A stretch of DNA of 63,189 bases, counting the filler, from an uncultured archaeon (GTDB lineage Archaea; Nanobdellota; Nanobdellia; Woesearchaeales; CAIVOO01): assembly GCA_903842985.1 (NCBI GenBank). It is 5 parts of 5 records of this genome, joined end to end, with 100 filler letters (N's around TTAATTAATTAA, not from the genome) between each part and the next. Parts side by side here need not be neighbours in the genome. Positions count along the whole stretch, not along the records: positions 21,989 to 44,086 come from CAIMOB010000039.1; 4 more parts are not named here. One strand, 5' to 3'. Below the pieces are notes generated by a model that was given only the letters and a program-made list of their open reading frames with translations, was not told the DNA's origin and ran no database searches. Position numbers and translations under genes: made by a program. Within the stretch, counting starts at the first letter, position 1. Each line of letters begins with the position of its first letter. Positions 31,140 through 41,400 of the stretch are shown here, piece after piece.

Positions 31140-32189
31140 TCAGTAGATTGAAGGGCAGGAGTTCTCAAGATTCTTCTGGTTTGCCAGCTCCAGATTGCTC
31201 ATTTTTCCGAAAATTCCGCTTATGCCATCTGAGCCGTAAATGATTGTTGGAGCTGTGACTATGCCTGTGATGTCTGCTGTTGCGCCTGCGATGAATTCCA
31301 TCGCGCCAGTTGGCCCATTTGCCCTCAGCCCCTTGCATATTGAATCTGCGTATCTGGAATCAGTCGCTATTTCCTCCTCTCTTGCTGCATAAATCTTTGC
31401 AATGTAATGAAGATTGGTAAATGCCTTTTCCATTGAGCATTTGTACATCTCACCATTTTCCGAGAATATCGCACCGAATATTGCAGGGTCGCCGAGGAAA
31501 TAATATTTGATATCCGGAGTTTGGGCGACGAAGTTGCTTCCTTGTTTCACATAAAATTTTACATATTTATCTTTGATGCTGACTGCAGTAACGTCTGCAT
31601 CATTCATATTTGCAATAAATGGTGGAAGAGTTCCGGGGTCAGAGAAGAAATAAACAACCCTTATCTTGTAATTGTTCTTGTCATTGTTTAAATTCATGAT
31701 ATTGGTGACCCTGTCTTTTGTCATGTTCGGTGTGCTGTTAAAAAGCAATGCAGATGTTTCGCCTGCTGTTGAGTCCACAAAAATGTATCTCACATCAGAG
31801 GTTGTTATGTAAAGGAAATTTGTTGCCTTGAACGGCACATTCCAGTCCTGGCTCCAGACAACAAGCTTTATGCCCTTCAGCCTGTCGGGCCCGAAAACAA
31901 TCTTTTCAGGAAACTGCCTTGTAACACCGAAAACAGAAAGCGAGTTGCAGTCAAATCCAAACTCAAGATTGGGCATGTCAAAAAGCTGTCCTGTCTTTGG
32001 CACAGTCAGCCCGCCGCTCATTATCAAATCAATTTTTGAAAGAACGTCAAATGCAAGAGTTTTGTCAGAATTTTTTTTCTGCGAGTTAACGATGCTTACG
32101 AAGAAGATAAGTATGATTGCGCCAACTATTAAGACGAAAACCCAGTTGAATTGGATCTCTACAAAAGCTTTCCTATTGGGGGTGGCCAT
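31140..32189 (-). CDS. Prepilin-like protein (large)
   Basis: NRKA|FVEIQFNWVFVLIVGAIILIFF. Confidence 0.75.
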   Translation of the reverse strand: MATPNRKAFVEIQFNWVFVLIVGAIILIFFVSIVNSQKKNSDKTLAFDVLSKIDLIMSGGLTVPKTGQLFDMPNLEFGFDCNSLSVFGVTRQFPEKIVFGPDRLKGIKLVVWSQDWNVPFKATNFLYITTSDVRYIFVDSTAGETSALLFNSTPNMTKDRVTNIMNLNNDKNNYKIRVVYFFSDPGTLPPFIANMNDADVTAVSIKDKYVKFYVKQGSNFVAQTPDIKYYFLGDPAIFGAIFSENGEMYKCSMEKAFTNLHYIAKIYAAREEEIATDSRYADSICKGLRANGPTGAMEFIAGATADITGIVTAPTIIYGSDGISGIFGKMSNLELANQKNLENSCPSIY

Positions 32190-32202
32190 CTTAAGAATCT
32201 AA

Positions 32203-32685
32203 CTAGCTTATCTTTGCCCTGTCTCCAAGGCCCTCTAATCTCGCATTTATCTGCCCTTGAACAACTGGAAAACACTCAAAGCCCTTTTCCAGCTGGATCT
32301 TCTCAACATAAAACGGCTCTCCATTGGGCATTGGGAATATGTTTTTAAGCACGCCTGATGTCACAGAGTCATAAATCAGCGGATACTTGTTTTTCTGCAT
32401 ATCAAGCGAGTCAGGCGCATCCTTATTCTTGATGCTGTTTGGGTCGACTATGCAGAGTTCTGTAAACATTGAAGGGACTTGAATCGGCTTTGCCCTGACT
32501 GTTCCATAGTCCGGCGCTATTGTGCTTATTATATTTTCAAATCCTGTCTTGAATGTTATGTATTGGAGCTGCTTCTGCTTGTCCCCAAACCCTTTCACAG
32601 CATTGTAACCGTAATAAAGCACAAGACCCACTATAAGAACAGATAGAACATAAATAAAAATCTCATAAGCGAATGCCTTTTTCAT
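32203..32685 (-). CDS. Prepilin-like protein
   Basis: MKKA|FAYEIFIYVLSVLIVGLVL. Confidence 0.75.
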   Translation of the reverse strand: MKKAFAYEIFIYVLSVLIVGLVLYYGYNAVKGFGDKQKQLQYITFKTGFENIISTIAPDYGTVRAKPIQVPSMFTELCIVDPNSIKNKDAPDSLDMQKNKYPLIYDSVTSGVLKNIFPMPNGEPFYVEKIQLEKGFECFPVVQGQINARLEGLGDRAKIS

Positions 32686-35489
32686 TTTCTTAATTCTTCA
32701 ATATCATTTTTCGGCTTCTTTTTTGGCTTGAGCTTTTCAATTCCGCTCTCCTCCTTCCCCTTTCCGAGCCTTTCAAGCTTTGTTCCCTTTCTTATTCTTC
32801 CAAGCTTTTCAAAATCTGTTTTTGAACCTAATCTTTCGAGCGCTTCGTCGCCTCTTCCCCTTCCGAGCCTTTCAAGCCTTGACTCTCCTTTTATTTTTTC
32901 GAGCCTTTCAAATTCTGTTTCCTTTCTTGCAGGAGGCCTTGCGGGTGGAGGGGTAACTGGCGGCTGAGCAGGAGGCCTTGCTGGAGGCCTTGGCGGCGCC
33001 CTTGAAGGCATTGTTAGTGGTGCTTTTGGCATAAACCTGAGATAAGCGATATAACCAATTGAGCTCAAAATTGAAAGAAGGCCGACTGAAATAAGTGCAG
33101 TTTTTGTAACGGGTGTCTTATTTCCGGCACCATTTTTTTCTTCTCCCGCACCCAATTCCTTTTCAGCGCAGATTTTATATTCACCAACGCCTGAACAGTA
33201 GCCTGAAACGCAGTCGCTGTCCACCTTGCACTTTTTAATGTTCTCGCATTTTGCGGGGCAGCTTCCGCCGCAGTCGACATCTGTCTCGTCGCCATTTTCG
33301 TGAAGATCTGAACAGGATGCAACTGTGCAAACATAATCCAGGCAGAAACCTGTTGAGCAGTCTGAATTTGAGATGCAGCTTTGGTTGCCTTCACAGGATT
33401 TACATACAACCCCGCCGCAGTCGACGTCGCTTTCAAATCCATTTTTGACTTTGTCATCGCATGAGACATCCCTGCAAAATCCGCCCTCATCGCAGAAATC
33501 GCTTACGCAGTCGGAATTGATAAAGCATTTTCCGCCTGCCCTGCATCTTTCGCACGTTGTGCTTCCGCCGCAGTCGACATCTGTTTCATTCGAGTCTGAT
33601 ATGCTGTTATTGCAGTGGCTCGCTTCGCTGATTTCTATGTATTCGTATCCATTTGCTTTGTTTCCTGCAATGTCTGAGGCTTCATAGCAGAAATAGGTTG
33701 TTGATTGGACAAGCCTTGTGTACCCCTTATCTTGCACATTATAGGAAAGAGGTCCGCTGGTGCCTAAACATGACTTGTCATCTGACAGCGAGCTGCTGTA
33801 TGAAACGTTATTGCAGCTTGTCTGCATGTCTATGCAGGTAAGATAAACAATATAGCCCTCTGCTGTCTTATTCTTTTTTAGATAAATCAATGGAGGAGTT
33901 TTGTCGCAGCTTTTGCCTGTGTCATCATAAAGTGTGCTGTTGCCTGTTCCCTGGGCTGACCAGAACCCTGCCTTGTCCCTTGCCATTGCCTTGAATGTAT
34001 AAATCTGGTTTGCTGTGAAATTTGAACTGGAAATATCTACAGTTGCAGGACTTCCTGAAACATATCCTGCATTAATAATGCCTGTTACGCTTTCAAGGCT
34101 GTAATTGAATCCGGCAACGCCTGAAAGCGCGTCTGTCGCAGAAAACTTCGCAGAGATTTTCTTTGTGCAGATTGCTGACGGCGCTGATACAATGGGAGTT
34201 GTAGGAGGTGAAAGGTCAATCATAAATATGAAGTCATTCTCCACCGAGCCTTCGGCAGCTGAACAGCTGACTGTAACTGTGTACTTTCCCTCCTCAAGGT
34301 CGCCGAGATTCTTTGAATGGTGCCTTCTGTCTTTGGTGTCAAGCGTTCCTGATTTGTCGCCCAGCTCATAGGAGCATTCTGCAAGCTTTGACGTTGTGAA
34401 ATTGAGGAAAACGGACTTATTTGACGATGCATCAGGCGGGCTTATTTTTGTTATTCTTACTGGCGCAACCAAATTAATCTTTACAGGAACTTTTTTTATA
34501 TCTGAATAATTGCCTGCCCTATTTTTGCAAGAGACATTATAGTCAAATGTGCAGCCGGTAACATTCGTTGCAAGCGCAGTGACATCCACTTCAGTTGCAG
34601 GATTTGTAACATAGCCGTAAAGGTCAGTCTGGTTGTAATTCGCAAAATGAACAAATGAAATTGAAGGAACATAGGTGCAGGTTGTTACACCTGGTTTGTG
34701 CACTGGAACTGAATAATCGCAGACAACCTTGTCATCAGAGACTACCTTGATGTTTGTAACTATCTTTTCATCCTCTGTTTTCTCTACGATAATCTCGGGA
34801 TCTGCATTTGCAGTTATCACTGGCTTTGTAGTGTCGTAGGAAACATTAATAGTCCTTGGATGGATTCTGTTGTCTGTATCCTTGCAGTAGACATAAAGCT
34901 TTTTTTCAGCCCCTGATTTTGTGAGGAAATTATCAGAATTGAAGTTTAGCCTTTTGAAGCTTGACTTTCCATTTAAAGTCCCAAGAGGGATGGTAAAATT
35001 ATTTACTGCCATTCCATAGCCGACATCAATGTATGCATATCTGCATTCCAGTGTCGGATTTTCGGTTGTAACCGTAAGGTTGAACACTCTCTTTGGGGAT
35101 ACAGAATATTTTGGGTCGCTTATCCATATTTTCATATAAGACAAATTGATAACAACTGTCTCATTCCTATAGAGATAGTTGTCAACAATGTCCATTGCAA
35201 CTACCTTCAGCAGATATTCGCCGTTCATCAATGGGTTTGGCGAAACTGCTCTGTAATCTATTGCATAGGTCTTATTATTGGCTGGATTTGGGAGATATGG
35301 CGGTTGGGGCGACATAGTCAGCGGATAGTTTCTTCCTTCCCTTGTAAGGTTTACACTTAACAGCACCACGTCCTCTGTGAATTCAAGCGTAAATGCAGGG
35401 TATACTGATGTTTTGACATAAAGTGTTCCAGCAGCAGCTAATGAAGAAAACAATATAATCCCAATTATCAGTATTGCCTCTTTTTTCAT
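32682..35489 (-). CDS. Type I membrane surface protein: signal peptide, Ig-like domains, three ExDVDCGG Cys-rich repeats, TM, Pro-rich linker and repeat-bearing cytoplasmic tail; probable start 35489
   Basis: MKKEAILIIGII...AAA; DTTKP/DLSPP/DKTPP...DxAG Ig-like boundaries; many NxS/T sequons. Confidence 0.8.
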   Translation of the reverse strand: MKKEAILIIGIILFSSLAAAGTLYVKTSVYPAFTLEFTEDVVLLSVNLTREGRNYPLTMSPQPPYLPNPANNKTYAIDYRAVSPNPLMNGEYLLKVVAMDIVDNYLYRNETVVINLSYMKIWISDPKYSVSPKRVFNLTVTTENPTLECRYAYIDVGYGMAVNNFTIPLGTLNGKSSFKRLNFNSDNFLTKSGAEKKLYVYCKDTDNRIHPRTINVSYDTTKPVITANADPEIIVEKTEDEKIVTNIKVVSDDKVVCDYSVPVHKPGVTTCTYVPSISFVHFANYNQTDLYGYVTNPATEVDVTALATNVTGCTFDYNVSCKNRAGNYSDIKKVPVKINLVAPVRITKISPPDASSNKSVFLNFTTSKLAECSYELGDKSGTLDTKDRRHHSKNLGDLEEGKYTVTVSCSAAEGSVENDFIFMIDLSPPTTPIVSAPSAICTKKISAKFSATDALSGVAGFNYSLESVTGIINAGYVSGSPATVDISSSNFTANQIYTFKAMARDKAGFWSAQGTGNSTLYDDTGKSCDKTPPLIYLKKNKTAEGYIVYLTCIDMQTSCNNVSYSSSLSDDKSCLGTSGPLSYNVQDKGYTRLVQSTTYFCYEASDIAGNKANGYEYIEISEASHCNNSISDSNETDVDCGGSTTCERCRAGGKCFINSDCVSDFCDEGGFCRDVSCDDKVKNGFESDVDCGGVVCKSCEGNQSCISNSDCSTGFCLDYVCTVASCSDLHENGDETDVDCGGSCPAKCENIKKCKVDSDCVSGYCSGVGEYKICAEKELGAGEEKNGAGNKTPVTKTALISVGLLSILSSIGYIAYLRFMPKAPLTMPSRAPPRPPARPPAQPPVTPPPARPPARKETEFERLEKIKGESRLERLGRGRGDEALERLGSKTDFEKLGRIRKGTKLERLGKGKEESGIEKLKPKKKPKNDIEELRK
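33190..33620 (-). repeat. Three ~50-aa Cys-rich repeats (C.D...NG.E(T/S)DVDCGG..C..C.....C....DC.S..C)
   Basis: ccgccgcagtcgac recurs at about 33265, 33412 and 33565. Confidence 0.9.
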
Positions 35490-38400
35490 GATGATGTTGT
35501 TGATGTTGTTGCAGCAACACACTTTGTTGCGAGCGTTGCAAAGTGTATGTATTCGCAGAGGACAGCTTTGTTTGTCTTCTTTGCAAGACTGTATATGCAG
35601 TCATCTCTCAGCAGTTCTGTATAGTCGCATAGTGGGTAGAGTTCGTATCTTCCGATTTCAACTATGTAATCCTCAAAGCATTCTGCAGCTGAAACTTTGG
35701 TTTGGGCCTTGCAAGCACGGGTTATCAAAACTTTATAACAATCTTTAGGATTTTGGGATGAGCTGCATCTGCTCTCCATGTTTCCTGAATCAGTTATGAC
35801 CTCAGCTTCTTCCTGCGCCCCTTCGCCTGCGCATTCTCCCTCAATGCAGATAGTTACCCTTGGCCTTTCTATATCCCTTTCAATGTAATAGCTTTCTCTA
35901 AACTTATTTGATGCATTGTCTATTGCTGTTATGGAGAGCACGTTCGGCGTTACAGCACCGACTTCGCCGATAACTGTTGAATTGGCTTTAAAATAAAATG
36001 CGCCGGTTGTTGAGTTAAAGCAGTTTGTCTTCTTTATTGAAGTGCAGGGCTTAAGTATCTCGCCTATTTGAACTCCTGACCGTTCAAACATGATTGAATT
36101 TACTTTACTCTGGCCGACATCAGTTACAATCCCTGTGACAGATATCAGGTCTTCCTTCACAGTATATTTTTCATACTGGAATACTGGTTGTTCGCCCGGT
36201 GCCATTTCAAGCCCGCGAGTCAGTGTCTCTGACGCCCAATAGATTGGCTTTGCGTTTATTTTAACACTATCATCTAGCGATGGAGGTATTGTGTCAATTA
36301 TCAATGTCGCAGTATTGCTGTCATTATAGTTGCCTGCATAATCTGAGATGTTTGCCAGCAGTGTCCAGGTCTCGTCGTGGCTTAGGTAGATTCCCTCAGC
36401 TGAAAGATTTTCTTGCGTTATGCTGCCGAAGAAGAGGTCCATTGCGGTTTTTGAAACTATGTCTGTCACATAAGCCTGCTGTGTCCTGTTCAGCCTTACA
36501 TTCGCCTTTAATGGGTGCTTTTCAGAACTTCTCTTTATTATTGCTGAGAATTGTACTGGCGATGAATTTGATATGAATTTATTTGCAAGTTCGAAATCAA
36601 TTATTGCAGGCGGCGTGTGGTCAACTGCAAATAGGATGCTGTACTTTGCGTAATCTGATTTTCTTTCTGCAAGCTGCTTGAATGCAGTTATTATTATTTC
36701 ATAATCTCCTTCTGGAAGATTGGTTACCTCAGACGGCAGACTGCATGTAAAGTTGTTGTTTCCATTAGCTATGCAGCTCATATTGTGCGGAAGATTTCTC
36801 AGCCTCATTTCAGATATCGTTACAGGGACTGCGTCAGGGAACTTTACATTGAAATCAGGTCTTGGGAGCGGTGTCATGATGTAGCTGTCTGGCGCGACTC
36901 CGTAGCGGCCAATCACTGTAACATTCGGCCTTCTTGGCGCGAGATTGTCAACATTAAAATCGAATGTCTTGCCAGCACTGTTCCCTGCCAAATCAGTCAC
37001 ATTTAATGTGAGATTGTAATGCCCATTTTCAAATTTCTTAGGAACGTTTACTGTGTACGCCGGTGCAGACCCGCTCTTGGCAGAAGCTATGGTTGCGCCA
37101 TTTAATTCAACACTCCAGTTTAGCAAGTCAAACTGCTCGTAAATGGTAAAGTTAATTCCTTCAAGACTGTGGAAACTGCTTCCTGATGTCAACGCAATTG
37201 TTCCGGCATCAACAAGTGCAGTCTCGGATGTAATATCCGGAGGCGTTGTTTCATAAATTATATTGTACTTGTCTGTTGGCGCCCCTTCGTTTTCAGCCTT
37301 GTCCTGCTGTGAGACATAGAGAGTATTGTTGCTAAATGTTTCGTCTGCCAAAATGTCATTAAGTTCAACCTGCGCAATGAAGTTGTTGCTTGGAAGCTGT
37401 GTGTCATAGATTGTGAATGCTTCACCCTTGGCGACTGTTTTTTCGACGCCCGCATTCAACGTGAGCATTGCACCTGAGCCTGCAGGGGTTGCTCTGCACA
37501 TTCCAGAAGCAGAGTCAAGTGTTGTGCTACGAGGGCAGTCATTTTGTACAGGAGAATATTTGCACAACTTAGCAATTGTATTGTATGTTGTGCCGGAAGG
37601 ACAGTTTGGATTTGCTTCGCATAGTCCACTGGTTGCGTTTAATGTTGTTTCAGCAGGGCAGTCATCTTGCACAGGAGAATATCTGCATAATTTAGCGGGT
37701 ATACTATATCTTGTGCCGGAAGGACAGGTTGGAATTACTGAGCGACCTGGCCAATCCGTTACGTCGCACAATCCACTGGTTGCGTTTAATGTTGTTTCAG
37801 CAGGGCAGTCATCTTGCACAGGAGAGTATTCGCATAACTTATTTGTTGTATCATAAACTGTGCCGGAAGGACATGGATTTACTTCGCATAATCCACTGGA
37901 CGCATTTATTATTGTGCCAGCAGGGCAGTCATCTTGCACAGGAGAATATCTGCATGACATGTCTGCCACATTATATGCTGTGCTGGAAGGACATGAGTTT
38001 GCTTCGCATAATCCAGAAACTAAACTATATTCTGAGCCAGCAGGACAAGGAAGTGTAACGGCGATTATCTTATAGAACTTGCCATAATTACTGTATGACT
38101 GCCTTGAATGCGATTCAAATTTAACATACTTACCTTTGTATGCCTGCATATCTGCAAGTAAGATTCCTGAAACTATCAGCTCATTGCTGCCCTTGTTGAT
38201 TGTGAATGCTGCTACAAATCTTTCATCTGTTGTCGCGTTTGCAAGAGGCTGCTTGTATGTTGCAGCTGTTACTGGCGCATTATTTATCCAGAACTTTAAA
38301 GTTTCCCTTGTCTCTGCTGTTGTTCCGGAAATGTAAATCTGCTTGCTGTTTGTGTAATATGTAAAAGGAGTTTCGAAAAATATGTGAGGGTAGCTCTTGT

Positions 38401-41400
38401 CAATGTTTTCCATGGTTAGATATGTGTTAAGCTCAGGGTCAAGTACAGGAGTCACGTCAGAACCCCATCTGTCGACTGTGACTTTTATAGGCGCTGAAAC
38501 GCCTCTGTTGCCTGCCTCATCAATGACAGCAACAGTTATTGCGCCTTCGTTTCCATCTGGATTAAATGTTTCTGTCAGCGATGGCGGAAGCGCCACAGGA
38601 TATGTTTGTGTCAGTTCTGTTATAGACTGAGCTGTTCTATTGTCAACTTCAACACCATCTATCATGAATTCAATCTCTTTTATTTTTGACTGAGGAAGTT
38701 TTGTTGCTGCTGAATTATTCATCTTAATGGTGACATCTACTTTATTTTCTTTTGTAATCAAATCGCCGCTTGTTATTTCCACCCTTGGCGCGTCCTTGTC
38801 TACCTTTATCTGGTCGCATGGAACCTTTACTGCTTCCATGTTCCCGCCGCTGTCAACTGAAAAATAGCAGAGCTTTTTGTATTCGCTGACTGTAACCCCT
38901 TTTCCTGCAGATGTTGAAGGCGTGCAGTCTGTGTTTGAGATGCAGTATCTTGTGCTGTTGCAGCCGAACTCAGGATAAATGCCAAAGATTGGCGCGTCGT
39001 AGCAGTTAAATGCCACATCCCAACTTTTGCTCCAGTTCGTTGTGGCTTCTGCAGGAACTAGCCCTGTTACAGGCGCTGTCCTGTCAATTGAAAATGCTAT
39101 CTTTGGAGTCATCGAAGATTTTGTAAGCTGCTGCGTGTCAAGGCTCTTGCATCTCACATAGTAGTTAAATGCATTGTTGTCATATCCCCCAAGGTTTTCC
39201 TGAGCAGTATGGTGCCTTTTGTCTGTTGATGTGGTTGAAAAAGACTTTGCTGAACTGAATTGGCTTTCTGAGATTATTGGCGCGCTATCATACCTGCAAT
39301 CTGCGTCAATCATTGTTTCAACAGACAATGTCACAGAATTGTAATTTATTGTTCCGGACGGCTTGCCGTTGAAAACAAGATTGTCCTTGTCAACAAGTAT
39401 TACTTTCTGGGCGCTTGTTGGATTTCCAACCAAGTCATAGCAGGTGTAGTTGTAGTAGTAGATTCCGTCAGTCAGCTGGTAGGTCCTGCTGAAGCTCCTT
39501 GCAGGCTCGTACAGGAGCAGATTGTTCTCTGTCTGCAATGCTTCCCCATCCTGGCTTTTCATTGCTGCATCGCAGGATAGAATATCATCCGAGCTTAAGG
39601 TAACAATTATGTCTGTTCCAATCCCGTAGAGCCAGTTGAATGCTACTGTCGGCGGAATTTTGTCTATTGTAACTGTGAATGGCCTGATTATCTCAAGGTT
39701 ATCTGCTGTGTCCTGCGAATAATAATTAACAGTATAATCCTGCTGTGTATTTGGAGGAATGTCTAAGTATTTTATCTTCCCTTCGCTTGCCTCTGTGAAA
39801 CAAGATTCAGATGGAGTTCCTGCGCAGAGGAATGTCTTTGCGTCGCTTACAGGAGTGCTGTTGAGCGGGTCATAAACAACATAGTCAAAGTTTATTTCAT
39901 TTGCCGTCTTTGGATGAAGCACAACAGTGTAAGGCGGCTGCATGTCTGTCGGATTCGGGTCTCTAAGATTATCATCATTTGCGTCCTTTACGCACTTGAC
40001 TGGATAACTAGTTAAATTAAATTTGCATAGCCCAAAACCAAAGTAATCTGTGCTTTTATTAGCAGGATTAATTGAGTTTGTCACATACTTGTTGGCGCCC
40101 ATATCAACTTTATTTGTGTTTGTTGTTCCGCAGCCATTGTTTGAGCTGTCTTTATAATAAACCTCGCAGCTTGAATCCTTTTTGTTTACGCAGTGCTTGC
40201 CTGTCGTATAGTAGCAGGATGAACTTGTTCCTGCACTGTTACTTCCGTATGCAGTGCATAAGTTCTGGCTGCAGTTAAGGAACAAATCATTGAATTTGCC
40301 TGACTTTTCGCATCTGCTGCAGTCGCGGTTTTTTTCGTCATCTGGCACGCAGACTCCCATTCCAAGGTCAGAGAATGTGGTGTGCGCAACCCAGTGGCAG
40401 GGCATATCCTTTGCACACTTGTTCTGGACGCACGCGGATTCAGACTGGTAATCATAACAGCTTTTTACATTCTTGCAGCTGAAATACTTGTTGACTGCTG
40501 ATTTTGTGTAATCAACATAGCATGCCCTTGCTTCTGGAAATAATGACATATCTGCACTGCATGACACAAGCTCATTTACCCCCTCCCTTGGCACATTAAG
40601 GAAGCCTGCATAGCTGAACATTCCGAGCGGAGGGTTGCACTGCGAGCAGTCAACATCATTAACATAAACTGTTGTTATTTGCGTTTTATACATGCAGATT
40701 GAATTCTTATTTTTTGTTGTGTCACTTATCTCTTTCACTGTATTGTTTGCTCCGCACTTGCTCCTTGTATTATTTACGCAGACTTCATCGCTTCCAGGCA
40801 CCTTTGCAAAGCACTCTGCCTCTCCAAGCGAGATTGTTTTTGGTTCTGAGAATACCTTGTCAAGCAAAAAATTATCATAGTAGGCCATTATCTGGTAATT
40901 GTAAGTTTCTCCTGCCTCAACAGTTAAGTCTGTGTATGACCCTGCATTGTTTAAAATAGAAATTCCGTCTGCTATCGGCTGGAGTGTGCAACCAGCTCCC
41001 TTGCATCTGTAGACATAAACAAGGCCAGGACTGCATTCTGTATTGAATGAAATTCTAACATTTGTTCTTTTGTTTGTTAAATCTTTAAGAAGCTCTATGC
41101 TTGTTATGTTCGGCGATGCAACACCAGTAAGGCACCTTGCAGGAAGAAGCGGGATGTTCTCGCCTGTTGTTGTGGCGACTCCGGATGTCCTTGAACCCTC
41201 AACATATCCTGCCTTCTGCGTGATTAGTGTGTAGTTTGCTGCCATCACTCCTTCAATTTTGTAATTCCCGCTTGAATCTGTCAGAGCTGACTTAACAAGT
41301 TCTGCAAGCGGTGCAGGAATAAAGACAGATGCATCGGCTATCCCATCGCCGGTCATGCTGTCTGTTACCCTTCCGGAGATTGATTTGTCTGCAGCTGAAA

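Noticed and set aside
23150..32685. Archaellum operon
   Set aside because: No archaellin-type conserved N-terminus and no ArlH/I/J genes
25006..35522. ORF-track N-terminal extensions (25680, 26254, 26685, 26854, 28352, 31168, 35522)
   Set aside because: They overlap upstream genes and hide the signal peptides; the downstream ATGs give coupled starts
37490..38050. Regularly spaced direct repeats as a possible CRISPR array or DGR template
   Set aside because: Repeats are in-frame coding units with homologous 'spacers'; no cas genes or reverse transcriptase in the window
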